Numbered from the stretch's first letter, positions 1 through 9,846 are shown. The stretch: 64,000 bases of DNA from Thermoplasmatota archaeon (GCA_029259115.1 JAPDJO010000028.1:1-64000), one strand, 5' to 3'. Notes: generated by a model from the letters alone, not told the origin. Numbers and translations are program-made.

Positions 1-127
1 AAGTAGCCTGAATTCTAGATCCATCTGGTAAAGTTGCATCTAACATTGGTTCCGCTATGCTTATGTGCTTGCCACACTTCTGGGCTAGTTTTATAACAAA
101 GGCTGAGAGTTCCTCTTCGTCTTTAAA
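1..127. repeat. Perfect 127-bp direct repeat, copy 1 (copy 2 at 1613-1739)
   Basis: Base-by-base identity from aagtagcctgaattctagatcc to gtctttaaa. It may extend beyond the window start. Confidence 0.9.
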
Positions 128-700
128 TATTATATTCGTCCTGAGAGAACCGTACTTCCTATGGTATAAAAATATAGGGATGTCAGATCCATCACATGAT
201 ATATCCTCTATATTCGGATCTCTCATCAGAGCATCTATCTTTCCGTAACCAACCGTATCCCTTTCTATGTAGTATAGTAATTTTTTCTTGGACCGCTCGC
301 TAACTTTGAGATCATAATCCTCTATTATCTTATCTATCTCTCTCCTTAGAAACTCTCCGACTTCTGATTTTTCTATCTCATCTAGACTCACATTTAGTGT
401 GTGAAGTAGAGTATCATAGATAAACCTCAGAGTTTCTGCCTCCTCCTTGGATAGAGGCGGTTCAAGGAGTTTGTAGTACTTGTCAAGGGTATTAATATCT
501 TTGACTATCTTTACGTAAGCAAAGGGCTCATTGACGGGATAGAAGTCTAACTCTTCGAATTGTGTCTTAAAAGAGACACTGCCTTTTCTACCACAGGTGG
601 GACAAGTAACAGTAACTTTATCACCTAGTTTCCCTTCAACAACTACCTTTGTATGGCAGGTTGGGCATATTGCTATCTTTTTGAGTTTCTTCTCAGCCAT
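1..700 (-). CDS. Type II/IV secretion system (VirB11/FlaI-like) ATPase with N-terminal Zn ribbon, runs off the window edge
   Basis: Not in the ORF track. Manual translation from ATG at 700 gives MAEKKLKKIAICPTCHTK...VTCPTCGRKG...FYPVNEPFAYVKI...RDTVGYGKIDALMRDPNIEDISCDG...LDATLPDGSRIQAT, a paralog of the upstream ATPase. Confidence 0.9.
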   Translation of the reverse strand, partial: MAEKKLKKIAICPTCHTKVVVEGKLGDKVTVTCPTCGRKGSVSFKTQFEELDFYPVNEPFAYVKIVKDINTLDKYYKLLEPPLSKEEAETLRFIYDTLLHTLNVSLDEIEKSEVGEFLRREIDKIIEDYDLKVSERSKKKLLYYIERDTVGYGKIDALMRDPNIEDISCDGSDIPIFLYHRKYGSLRTNIIFKDEEELSAFVIKLAQKCGKHISIAEPMLDATLPDGSRIQAT

Positions 701-3107
701 CAGCCTCTACCTTTCTTAGCAGCTCATCAGGGTTATCTCTATACTCATTTATAATCTGTACGACTTCTCTAAATGAGGTTATGTTATTTTTAATCATCCA
801 ATTTATTATTTTAATTCTATTATTTAATTCTTTCATCAACTCTTCTTTGGATACTTGCAATTTTGCTCTTATCTTTTCGAGAAGATAGCTTCTACCAGAA
901 TACTTAAATGTATCAGTTATAGAATCCCAGGTAAAGACCTCGTTTGTTATGATCTCCTTCGTTACAGGATCGATATCAACAATCTCGATGATTTGTGTTA
1001 TCCTTCTCTCTCTTTTATCTTTTATCCTAGTTGTAGCCTGAAAACATACAAAATCCAGAGACTGTATCATGACTCTTGGCACATTTATCGGCTTACCCTC
1101 CAATCTATGTATCAAGGATTGTGGAGAGTCTGCATGCATCGTAGAGTAAGTTGTATGACCCGTAGCCATTGCTTGGAAGAGAACGTATGCCTCTCTTCCT
1201 CTTATCTCACCAACTATTATATATTCTGGTCTCTGTCTCAATGCTGCTTTGAGTAGATCATACATATCAATTTCTCCAACTACTTTATCAGCTACGATTT
1301 CTCCAAATCCTGATCTCGTTACTCCAGGAATCCAGTTTGGATGTGGTAGGTTTAACTCTCTGGTTTCTTCTATTGAGACTATCTTTGCTTCTCTTGGTAT
1401 GAAAAGAGCTATGGCATTTAGGGTAGTGGTTTTTCCTGATGCTGTTCCTCCCGCGAATATACCGCTTGCTCCATGTTCAACAGCCATCCATAGGTAAACA
1501 AGCATTTCTGGAGATAGGGTATTCATCTTAACTAGCTCAATAGGAGAGTATGGTATTGCTCTAAACTTTCTTATCGTAAATGTTGATCCTCTCGTTGTAA
1601 CTTCTGTACCCAAAGTAGCCTGAATTCTAGATCCATCTGGTAAAGTTGCATCTAACATTGGTTCCGCTATGCTTATGTGCTTGCCACACTTCTGGGCTAG
1701 TTTTATAACAAAGGCTGAGAGTTCCTCTTCGTCTTTAAAACCAACATTTGTTCTCATCGATCCATAGTCTCTATGATAGATAAATATAGGTATCTTTGCT
1801 CCATCGCATGATATATCCTCAATATAGGGGTCCCTCATCATTGCATCTATCTTTCCATAACCAACCGTGTCTCTCTTAATCAAATAGATGATCTTTTCTT
1901 TGGTTTCACCTGATATATGTATATCGTAGTCTGATATGATCTGATTAACTAGGTCTTCTATAGATTTGCCAACCCCTCTCTCCTCAATGGAATGTAAGTC
2001 CAATTCTGATAGATTTTCCAAAGTATCCTTTATGAATTGCAGATGTTCCTGCTCCCTCTTAGTAAGCTCTGGCTCTAGAACAGCATAAATCTTTTCCATG
2101 GTCTCTTTGTCCTTTAGTATCTTAACATAAGCATATGGTCTATTCACAGGATAGAAAGTGATTTCTTCGAACCTCTCGTTTGATATCGGAACGTTTATCT
2201 CTATTTCCTCTTCTCTCGGCTTAAACTCAACCATTGGTTCGAATCTCAGACTCTCTCTAGGAAGCTCCACATCGCCGTAGTCAAGCTTTTCTATTCCCAA
2301 ACTTGATGCAGCCTCAACTGATACTGGTTCTGTTTCATCTAAGAAAACATAATCCATGAAGTCTTCTGAAGGAGGAATTGCAGATTCTTCTGCTTCAGCT
2401 GTTTCCTTCTCAGATGATCTTGTTTCTTTCTCTTCGAGCTCTTGATCATATATCAGTCCTTTCTCCAGTATACTTTTCATTGAAAGATCCACTAATGGTT
2501 TGATTTTCTTTCTCTCTTCCGTGACATTTTCTAGAGGTCTATGCTTTTTGGGGATACGTTTCTCTATATCAATCCTTTTTGATTCTTTTCCCTTGTCTGT
2601 ACCTTCTTCTGATGATACTTCCTTTGTCTTTGGCACCGTCTTTTCTTCGTCCAATCTAAAGAAACCGATTTTCTTTTCTAACTCAGTATCTCGAAGAGGT
2701 GCTTCTACCTCAACTTTTGGTTCTATCCTTTTAATTTTTTGTTTTTTTGGAACTTCAACCTCTTCGATTTTAGAAACCTCTTGAATTTTTGATGTCTCTT
2801 TTTTAGTTTTTTCTATCTTTATGGCTCTTTTTTTCTCGGTTTTTCTTTTCGCTTCTGTCTCTTTTTTCTTTTCTCTTTTTTTTCTCTTTGTCTCACCTTC
2901 ACTAACTTCTATAACATCAACTCTCGGGAGTTCAGTAACTCTAACTTTCTCAACCCTCTCAGAAAACAGCTTATCTATGGTCTCCTCTATTTCTCTAATG
3001 CGTTTTTCGAGATATTTTTCTTTGATTCCAGCAGGAACCAATTTGGGAAAAACTCTATTCTGCCCAATTATCTTAGAAAATAAATCGATTCTAACCAATA
3101 TTACCAC
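693..3107 (-). CDS. Type II/IV secretion system ATPase (FlaI/VirB11 family) with long charged N-terminal extension
   Basis: Walker A GGTASGKTT, Asp box SIEETREL, LRQRPEYIIVGEIRG and His box GHTTYSTMHA. The true start may be TTG at 3098 (GAGGTGG SD). Confidence 0.92.
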   Translation of the reverse strand: MVILVRIDLFSKIIGQNRVFPKLVPAGIKEKYLEKRIREIEETIDKLFSERVEKVRVTELPRVDVIEVSEGETKRKKREKKKETEAKRKTEKKRAIKIEKTKKETSKIQEVSKIEEVEVPKKQKIKRIEPKVEVEAPLRDTELEKKIGFFRLDEEKTVPKTKEVSSEEGTDKGKESKRIDIEKRIPKKHRPLENVTEERKKIKPLVDLSMKSILEKGLIYDQELEEKETRSSEKETAEAEESAIPPSEDFMDYVFLDETEPVSVEAASSLGIEKLDYGDVELPRESLRFEPMVEFKPREEEIEINVPISNERFEEITFYPVNRPYAYVKILKDKETMEKIYAVLEPELTKREQEHLQFIKDTLENLSELDLHSIEERGVGKSIEDLVNQIISDYDIHISGETKEKIIYLIKRDTVGYGKIDAMMRDPYIEDISCDGAKIPIFIYHRDYGSMRTNVGFKDEEELSAFVIKLAQKCGKHISIAEPMLDATLPDGSRIQATLGTEVTTRGSTFTIRKFRAIPYSPIELVKMNTLSPEMLVYLWMAVEHGASGIFAGGTASGKTTTLNAIALFIPREAKIVSIEETRELNLPHPNWIPGVTRSGFGEIVADKVVGEIDMYDLLKAALRQRPEYIIVGEIRGREAYVLFQAMATGHTTYSTMHADSPQSLIHRLEGKPINVPRVMIQSLDFVCFQATTRIKDKRERRITQIIEIVDIDPVTKEIITNEVFTWDSITDTFKYSGRSYLLEKIRAKLQVSKEELMKELNNRIKIINWMIKNNITSFREVVQIINEYRDNPDELLRKVEADG
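1613..1739. repeat. Perfect 127-bp direct repeat, copy 2 (copy 1 at 1-127)
   Basis: Identical to positions 1-127 in the paralogous ATPase gene. Confidence 0.9.
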
Positions 3108-3162
3108 CTCTAACTTCTACTAAGGATACGTAAACTAGACTATCGTCTACATCGCTTCTGCC

Positions 3163-3172
3163 GTGCATCCCA
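3163..3172 (-). promoter_or_regulatory. Leader motif TGGGATGCAC, copy 1 (upstream of secretion ATPase)
   Basis: gtgcatccca on the + strand. The same 10-mer occurs at 18391 and 63031. TATA-like TATAAATA lies at about 3214-3221 on the minus strand. Confidence 0.55.
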
Positions 3173-3295
3173 TCCACCCTATCCTAAGGACTAGATACGA
3201 ATACGCTTTACAATATTTATAGATTTTTTTATCTGTAGGTCTTAAAAATTAATCTCGTCAAGAATCTTTTTAACTTCGAGTAACTTATCTCTTTT

Positions 3296-3369
3296 GGGTC
3301 CGTAAGGTAGTCCGGATATCCTACCGGCCTTCGGAGCCGGTAACCGGGGTTCGAATCCCCGCGGACCCG
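3296..3369 (+). tRNA. tRNA-Arg(TCG)
   Basis: Acceptor stem GGGTCCG/CGGACCC, anticodon arm CCGGC-CT TCG GA-GCCGG, T loop GTTCGAATC. Confidence 0.95.
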
Positions 3370-3406
3370 CATAGTTTTTTAAAATCATTTTCCTTACTGG
3401 TTCAAC

Positions 3407-3919
3407 ATGGTTGAAAGTAAAAGACCAAGTATACATCCATCCTGCTATATAGATGAAAGTGCAGTAATAATCGGAAATGTAGTGATGGAAAAAGACTGCA
3501 GCATATGGCCTAACGCCGTAATAAGAGGAGATAGAAACAGGATCATAATAAGAGAAGGAACGAACATTCAAGATGGTTGCATTATACATACAGATGACAA
3601 GCATGATGTTGAGATAGGAAAAAATGTATCAATAGGTCATGGTGCCATAGTTCACGGAGCCAAGATAGGAGATAACTGTTTAATAGGAATGAATGCAACC
3701 ATACTTAATGGAGCAAAGATTGGTAGAGGATGCTTAATTGGAGCTAATGCTCTTATTCTGGAGGATACTGAAATTCCTGATCATAGCTTAGTTGTTGGTA
3801 TTCCTGGAAAGATATTGAGACAGGACAAAGAAATGGAGAAGAAAATTATAGAAAACGCAGAGATATACAAAGAACTGGCAAAAGAACACAAAGAAGGAAA
3901 GTACTCTAGACTTCCCTGA
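3407..3919 (+). CDS. Gamma-class carbonic anhydrase family (hexapeptide-repeat) protein
   Basis: IRGD...NIQDGCIIH...IGHGAIVHG metal-binding His motifs and hexapeptide repeats. Confidence 0.92.
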   Translation: MVESKRPSIHPSCYIDESAVIIGNVVMEKDCSIWPNAVIRGDRNRIIIREGTNIQDGCIIHTDDKHDVEIGKNVSIGHGAIVHGAKIGDNCLIGMNATILNGAKIGRGCLIGANALILEDTEIPDHSLVVGIPGKILRQDKEMEKKIIENAEIYKELAKEHKEGKYSRLP

Positions 3920-4943
3920 TCTCTATCTTGAACAACTTTCCTACTCTATTCATAATTATCTTTACCGGAAGGAATTTTTCAATCAGCCAGGCGTTCGTCC
4001 TAGTGTGCCCTGTTATCTCTCTGGTAAAGAAAAAGGACCTCTCTCCATATTTTGCAGAGATATAAGCTAGATATACCAATATTTGATCGGCCATACGAAT
4101 ATCGAGAGAAGATCTCGATTCTATCTCCTTTAGGACATTTTCAGCTACAACTCTTCCGAGCTTTTCAGAAGGTAATCCTTTTTCACCTATTTCTGATGCA
4201 CCTACTTTACTCTCTTTACTATCTGACCATAATGTTATAGAAACGCCCTCGGATGGGGATTCATCATCCCTATCTACTTCTATCTGGCAGGATATTGATC
4301 TCTCCAATGCTGTCTTTATTACTGAATGCTTAATTCTCTTCGGTATATCATCTTTCAACTTAGATACGGCTATCACTCCTCCAATATCACTATACTCTTG
4401 CTCCTCTAGAAATAAAGGTTTTGGATTCTGCACTGGAAAAATCTCTATCTCGACCTCTCCTCCACCTTTTGGATAGAATCCTCTTCTGATCAGTTTTGTT
4501 CTCGCATCTATACCAATAGCTTTTACTATATGAAGAAAGACATCATTAAAGTAGTTCCAAGTCGGAGACCATTTTACATCTGTTCCTCCCCTCAAAGTTA
4601 ATGATATAGGTTTAGATATTTCGAAAGATAGAGGGATGATGGTCTGCAAAACCAGAGTTATACTTCCTGCAGTTCCTATATCAAACCTGTATCCACCTTC
4701 TTTAATAGCTTTAGGATGAAACTCCAACCTTGGAGAGCCTATCTCAAGACCCTTCACGCTAGCATTGGATATCTCTTTCAGTACCCTCACAGCGGTAAGA
4801 TGCTGGGCTCTCAGTCCTGGATTTGGTCTATTAGCCCTGATATTTTTGATTAATACTGGCTTACCAGTAAGAACAGATAACGAAATAGAGCTTCTCAGAA
4901 TCTGTCCTCCGCCCTCTCCGTAGCTTCCATCTATCTCTATCAT
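3906..4943 (-). CDS. rtcA: RNA 3'-terminal phosphate cyclase
   Basis: MIEIDGSYGEGGGQILRS, RPNPGLRAQH, GFYPKGGG and ITGHTRTN. ATG at 4943 overlaps the upstream CinA gene's stop (ATGA). Confidence 0.95.
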   Translation of the reverse strand: MIEIDGSYGEGGGQILRSSISLSVLTGKPVLIKNIRANRPNPGLRAQHLTAVRVLKEISNASVKGLEIGSPRLEFHPKAIKEGGYRFDIGTAGSITLVLQTIIPLSFEISKPISLTLRGGTDVKWSPTWNYFNDVFLHIVKAIGIDARTKLIRRGFYPKGGGEVEIEIFPVQNPKPLFLEEQEYSDIGGVIAVSKLKDDIPKRIKHSVIKTALERSISCQIEVDRDDESPSEGVSITLWSDSKESKVGASEIGEKGLPSEKLGRVVAENVLKEIESRSSLDIRMADQILVYLAYISAKYGERSFFFTREITGHTRTNAWLIEKFLPVKIIMNRVGKLFKIEIREV

Positions 4944-5425
4944 GACTCCAGAACCTCTAGAAGCATAGATAAAGCTGCATTGCATGCGCTCTCCTTGTTC
5001 TCTATTCTATTTCCCTTGAATAAAAATTTCCTAACAATCGTTCTCTCTTTTGTAGATACTCCCACATATACTAAGCCAACAGGTTTGTCTTTCGTTCCCC
5101 CGGTTGGTCCAGCTATGCCTGTCGTAGATATACCGATATCAACCTTTGATCTTTTCCTTATACCCTCAGCCATCTCCTTTGCTACAGGTTCACTGACTGC
5201 TCCATATTTGTCCAAGGTTTCCTTCGATACTCCCAGAAGTTCCATCTTTGCTCTGTTGCTATAAGATATCACTCCTCTGTCATAATATTCTGAACTGCCA
5301 GAGATATTTGTCATCAGATTTCCAAGCATACCACCAGTACATGATTCTGCAGTAGCTACCTTCAATCTCTTTTCTTTGAGCAGATCTGAAACTCTCCTGA
5401 GCAGATCTTTATCTATTCCTGCCAT
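4940..5425 (-). CDS. CinA C-terminal / PncC-like nicotinamide mononucleotide deamidase family protein
   Basis: ATAESCTGG, YSNRAK, GAVSEPVA..MAEG and STTGIAGPTGG motifs. Confidence 0.92.
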   Translation of the reverse strand: MAGIDKDLLRRVSDLLKEKRLKVATAESCTGGMLGNLMTNISGSSEYYDRGVISYSNRAKMELLGVSKETLDKYGAVSEPVAKEMAEGIRKRSKVDIGISTTGIAGPTGGTKDKPVGLVYVGVSTKERTIVRKFLFKGNRIENKESACNAALSMLLEVLES

Positions 5426-5473
5426 CAAGCAAAATAAACCTTTAAGAATAGAAAAATGTTAACCTCCTTTTGC

Positions 5474-5546
5474 AGCCCCGTGGTGTAGTGGTCAATCATG
5501 CCGGCCTTTGGAGCCGGCGACGGCGGTTCGAATCCGCCCGGGGCTA
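5474..5546 (+). tRNA. tRNA-Gln(TTG)
   Basis: AGCCCCG/CGGGGCT acceptor stem, CCGGC-CT TTG GA-GCCGG anticodon arm, GTTCGAATC. Confidence 0.95.
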
Positions 5547-5602
5547 TAGTTTTGAAACAATTAATTTAAAAATAACTAATCTATACCTGGCTAAACTTGG
5601 AT

Positions 5603-5677
5603 GCTCCCGTGGTGTAGTCCGGCCAATCATTCCGGCCTTTCGAGCCGGCGACCCGGGTTCAAATCCCGGCGGGAGCA
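5603..5677 (+). tRNA. tRNA-Glu(TTC)
   Basis: GCTCCCG/CGGGAGC acceptor stem, CCGGC-CT TTC GA-GCCGG anticodon arm, GTTCAAATC. Confidence 0.95.
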
Positions 5678-5752
5678 TCTTTTAATTTTGACTTTCATTA
5701 CTGAAAATTAATAAAATTAAAAGTGATAGAAAAATAGAGAAGAAAGCTTTAT

Positions 5753-8700
5753 TTATTCGCTCTTTTCTAGATAGAAATTCTTCTTTATGACGTCTCTGAA
5801 AAGCCTATACTTAATTTTCACACCCGTTTCGGTATAGATCTTGTAACCCTTTGAAGTAGCATCTACTATTATAGTGTAATTTCCTGGGGGTAAAGGTAGC
5901 CTGTATTTGCCAGAGAATCTTGATTTTGTAGTGTAAATTTTCCCATCATCTCTTATTGCCGTTATGTTTGCTCCTCTGATTCCTCTTCCGAATAGACCTT
6001 TGGTTTTGACTTTACCTTTTAGAGTTATCGTTTCATTTAGGTAAAAGTTCATCCTTTTCTCATCACCTTTGGATAATTCTATATATCTAGTTTCGTAGTC
6101 GTATCCTCTAGCTGTTGCCTCTATCTTGTAATACCCTGGCTCAAGTATCAGCTTGTAATCCCCTTTCCTAAACAGAAATCTTCCTGCTCTGTCACTATCT
6201 ACTTTTTTCCATTCTCCGTCAGCGTATTTGTAAGCAACAACCTTTGCCCATGGTATTTTCTTATTTATGATCTTATTATAATCATAGATCGTTCCGTATA
6301 GCACAGCATACTCTGTCTTTCCCTTCGTCCTGTTCAGATTTATTACTGTAACATTCATGTGGTCCTCGGCTAGAAGATTGCCAAAGGCGTCGTAAGCTTC
6401 GACCGATATCATCTTTCTGCCTATCGCTCTCTCATTCCATGTATAAGTGAAGGGCGGATTATAATCGACAGTCTTTGGTTCTTCACTTACAAGGAACACA
6501 ACATGGTCAACATCTCCGGTGACATTTGCTTCAATAGTTATAGGACCTATTATCCATGTTCTGAAGAGAGTTGGAAATACCTTTTTATCGTGGAAATAGA
6601 GATAATAGGGCTCAGGTCTTGTTATGTTTATAGTAATCTCGTTTGCTAGTCTAAAGTGTGCAGTTATTTCTTTACCCTCATCCATTGTTATTTGGATTGT
6701 ACTTGAAGAACCGCTTGCATCTCCAGACCAGTGATCGAAGATATAGCCATCGTAAGCGTGGGCAGTTATCGTAACAGTTGTACCTTCTTCATAATCAATT
6801 TCAGCATCTTCAAAGTAGTAATCTCTAGGTGGATCGACGTAGAGATATCCAGCTCCATCTGGATCGATGCCCAATGTCAAGGTGTAATATGTTGATATCT
6901 CTTCTATGTATAAGTCGAAACTTGCTAGTAACAGATTTGAAGGTTTCCATGTTATATTTACGGTAACGTCACCATAGAGATTTGCAGCTCTCACATATAT
7001 GACATCTCCAGCATTAACCTCTCCATCCATGTCTATATATGTTGAATCTGTGTCATTGTAGCAATAAATCTCTATATCATCCCAGGATATACCTGAAGGT
7101 GATACAGAAGTTACTGTTATGGTATCATCATTATCGTCAACAGAGAATGATATCTCTGGTTGAACTTCAAAGACTGCTGTTATGGTTTTGTTTGAGTTCA
7201 TTACTACAGTAACTGGATTCTCGCTTCCTGATACATCTCCAGACCAGTGGTCGAAAATATAGCCAGAGTTTGGTATTGCAGTTAGTGTTACAGTTGTACC
7301 CTCTGGATATTGATCCAGGTCTGGTGTCTTCTCTATGCTTCCTGCTCCTTCTGGTGAGACTGAAAGGCTCAAGGTATAATAGTTGGAAGGCTCAGACATT
7401 GTTGTGAAGTACCATACATCAGATTGGTTTGTAAATTCTCCATCGCTAACGATAACATACCAAGAATATGTTGTATTGTAATCAAGACCATACCAAACGG
7501 TAGATACTGTCTCTCCACTACTCACACCCGTAACTGTATCTATCAGACTGTCATCTGATGCATCTATGAAATAAACATCTAGATCGTCATTATCTGGATC
7601 ATACACTTCTACACTGAGTATCGGATTCACAGATACGCCTGTGGAGCCATTTTCTGGCGAGGATAAAACAGGCTTTGAGGGCGGATGATTTAGTGGAGCG
7701 AAAACCGCAATCACAGTCTTATCTGAGTTCATTACTACAGTAACTGGATTTTCATCTCCAGATATGTCTCCAGACCAGTGATCGAAGATATAGCCAGAGT
7801 TTGGTATTGCAGTGAGTGTTATAGTTGTATTTTCTGGATATTGATCCAGGTCTGGTGTCTTCTCTATGCTTCCTGCTCCTTCTGGTTGAATAATGGTAGT
7901 AAGCGTAAATTCTTCGGGATTTTCTTCCACGAATTCTGCTGTCACAACAGTATCAGCATCCATGACTAATCTCAGTGGATTCGAATTGCTCAAGTAGGAC
8001 TGTCCTTGCATATTTTCAGGATATTTGACAACAACCCAGTGATCAAATCTGTAGCCATCATCAGGAACTGCCGTGAGATTTACAACCGTTCCTTCCTGAT
8101 ATCTCTCCTCTTTAGGATCTATAATTATGTGACCCGAACCCTCTGGTTGAATATGGGTGGTTAATGTATAATATTTAATGAAGTTCACATATACCAAAGC
8201 ATAATCCATCCTCCAGTCTATATGGTGGAATCCAGCTAAAGAAGAATTCAAATACAAAGTTTCCACATCTTTACTATCTTCGTCTTTTACTGGTGGTTCT
8301 GGAGGTGGAGGTGTAAATTCTACAAGGTAAGAAGAAAATCTGTTTATTGATATACCTTCATCTAAAACTATTGCATCGAAATATATAGTTGCTCCCGATA
8401 ATGGTAGATCGAACCATACTATTCTATTCTGATACTCGTTGTAGGATGCATTGTAGTTGGAACTTCCATTTACATACCTCATGTTCTTCGGAAGCTCGTC
8501 TATGGCATAAAGAACTACCTTACTATCCTGGGAAGTGGAAAAAATCATCGGTTTGACGAAACATTTGAATCTAACAGTTACAATACTACTCGGATTTGGA
8601 TCATCTACGACGATCTCTGTCGATTTTTCCCAAGAGTGGTTTTTATCGTTCCACACGTTTTTGCTTACCTGGAGACTATCTGACATTTGTCTATAATGTG

Positions 8701-9712
8701 CTGTGTAGCTCCTATCTTTGTTCATTTTTACAACAAGCGGATCTGAAGATTCTGATGAAGTGGTTATATCTGTCCCTGTCCATTTGGTAAAACCATAATT
8801 CTTGTATACTGGTTGAGCAATGATGTTAACTGTTGTCCCTCTATGATACACCGCGTGAATCCTACCATCCAATATGGGATCTATCCTTATTGGTTCTGGA
8901 ACAAGTGTAAAAACATGCAGAGCGAAATTATGAGGATCTGCGTCTAAAACTAGCCTAACCTCATCATGTGATTCTTTAACTATAGAGAATGTATCGTCGC
9001 TAAAATCGAAACGTTTTTCTGGATTGGCTTCGTCGAATATTCCTATCCTATAATCGTTTCCTTCTGGAAAATCTGGCGTAATATGCCACTCATAACTTCC
9101 TTGCAGTATATTCACATCTGTAGCTATCTGTAGAATCCGTTCACTTCCCTCATACAGATATATATCTATGAGCGTATCCGGAATAACTGTGTTACTATCT
9201 ATAAAGGTAGCTATTTTCCATGATATCACGCATATGCTGCCTGGTCTAAAAATCTCTCCACCATTGGGATAAGTTATTTGAAAGTAATTCGTTGTAACTA
9301 CAACAGTCAAATTGAAATAATCAGTAACAGTTCCATCCGGTCCTGCATATGAATATATCAATCTGGAAATTCCACAACGGGTTTCGTAGACCCAATACTC
9401 ATCTACGGCTCCTCCAATAAGACCAGGCGGATTGTTATTTTCGGTATAATGATCACTCAAGGTCAAAACATCCTCATTACATTCTACTATATCCCAGTGA
9501 TATCCGGCAGCTCCAAGAGTTTTGAGATGAACAATAAGAGTATCGCCTTCCATCAGATATACCGTCTGCCCGTCATAGCTTTTGTCAACCTCTACCTTTC
9601 TATAAGGACGTACAGGTACTATGTCTCCTGAAGGTACAGCAAGAGCAGTCACAAGTACGGACAATACCATTATAGATGCTACCATTATAGGAAGTAGATT
9701 TTTTGTTCTCAC
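5753..9712 (-). CDS. Large secreted surface protein: chagasin-like (I42) domain, Ig-like domain, InlB-B-like repeats, FN3-like domain, C-terminal carboxypeptidase-regulatory-like domains
   Basis: Signal peptide; GDTLIVHL..GAAGYHW...GG...YW; ITYPNGGE; repeated GYxFDHWSGD; GKYxLxLxPGxY repeats. Confidence 0.8.
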   Translation of the reverse strand: MRTKNLLPIMVASIMVLSVLVTALAVPSGDIVPVRPYRKVEVDKSYDGQTVYLMEGDTLIVHLKTLGAAGYHWDIVECNEDVLTLSDHYTENNNPPGLIGGAVDEYWVYETRCGISRLIYSYAGPDGTVTDYFNLTVVVTTNYFQITYPNGGEIFRPGSICVISWKIATFIDSNTVIPDTLIDIYLYEGSERILQIATDVNILQGSYEWHITPDFPEGNDYRIGIFDEANPEKRFDFSDDTFSIVKESHDEVRLVLDADPHNFALHVFTLVPEPIRIDPILDGRIHAVYHRGTTVNIIAQPVYKNYGFTKWTGTDITTSSESSDPLVVKMNKDRSYTAHYRQMSDSLQVSKNVWNDKNHSWEKSTEIVVDDPNPSSIVTVRFKCFVKPMIFSTSQDSKVVLYAIDELPKNMRYVNGSSNYNASYNEYQNRIVWFDLPLSGATIYFDAIVLDEGISINRFSSYLVEFTPPPPEPPVKDEDSKDVETLYLNSSLAGFHHIDWRMDYALVYVNFIKYYTLTTHIQPEGSGHIIIDPKEERYQEGTVVNLTAVPDDGYRFDHWVVVKYPENMQGQSYLSNSNPLRLVMDADTVVTAEFVEENPEEFTLTTIIQPEGAGSIEKTPDLDQYPENTTITLTAIPNSGYIFDHWSGDISGDENPVTVVMNSDKTVIAVFAPLNHPPSKPVLSSPENGSTGVSVNPILSVEVYDPDNDDLDVYFIDASDDSLIDTVTGVSSGETVSTVWYGLDYNTTYSWYVIVSDGEFTNQSDVWYFTTMSEPSNYYTLSLSVSPEGAGSIEKTPDLDQYPEGTTVTLTAIPNSGYIFDHWSGDVSGSENPVTVVMNSNKTITAVFEVQPEISFSVDDNDDTITVTSVSPSGISWDDIEIYCYNDTDSTYIDMDGEVNAGDVIYVRAANLYGDVTVNITWKPSNLLLASFDLYIEEISTYYTLTLGIDPDGAGYLYVDPPRDYYFEDAEIDYEEGTTVTITAHAYDGYIFDHWSGDASGSSSTIQITMDEGKEITAHFRLANEITINITRPEPYYLYFHDKKVFPTLFRTWIIGPITIEANVTGDVDHVVFLVSEEPKTVDYNPPFTYTWNERAIGRKMISVEAYDAFGNLLAEDHMNVTVINLNRTKGKTEYAVLYGTIYDYNKIINKKIPWAKVVAYKYADGEWKKVDSDRAGRFLFRKGDYKLILEPGYYKIEATARGYDYETRYIELSKGDEKRMNFYLNETITLKGKVKTKGLFGRGIRGANITAIRDDGKIYTTKSRFSGKYRLPLPPGNYTIIVDATSKGYKIYTETGVKIKYRLFRDVIKKNFYLEKSE
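7193..7886. repeat. Intragenic duplication of about 163 bp (7193-7355 and 7724-7886), in frame with an offset of 531 bp
   Basis: Near-identical DNA including 54 identical bp (7302-7355), encoding PEGAGSIEKTPDLDQYPE...ENPVTVVMNS. Confidence 0.88.
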
Positions 9713-9846
9713 CTATTTCGGCCTCCTTTCAATTAAAAAATTGATTTAACAATATAAATATTTTATTATACAAGAATAAACGATAATCTTGTAAACCAGT
9801 CAGTGTAGAGTAAAATTTTTAAATATTCCCTTTTAGTATATGATAT

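Noticed and set aside
57-3123. Plus-strand ORFs 57-248, 855-1256, 1249-1497, 2500-2784 and 2821-3123, and similar S/F/L-rich ORFs throughout the window (e.g. 15629-18007, 56911-60365, 61524-62945)
   Set aside because: These are antisense shadows of purine-rich real genes, with no motifs or SD sites.
3242-3604. 120-aa minus-strand ORF
   Set aside because: Antisense to tRNA-Arg and the carbonic anhydrase gene. GPRGFEP is the classic tRNA-antisense translation artefact.
5470-5685. 71-aa ORF
   Set aside because: It is a translation of the tRNA-Gln and tRNA-Glu genes.
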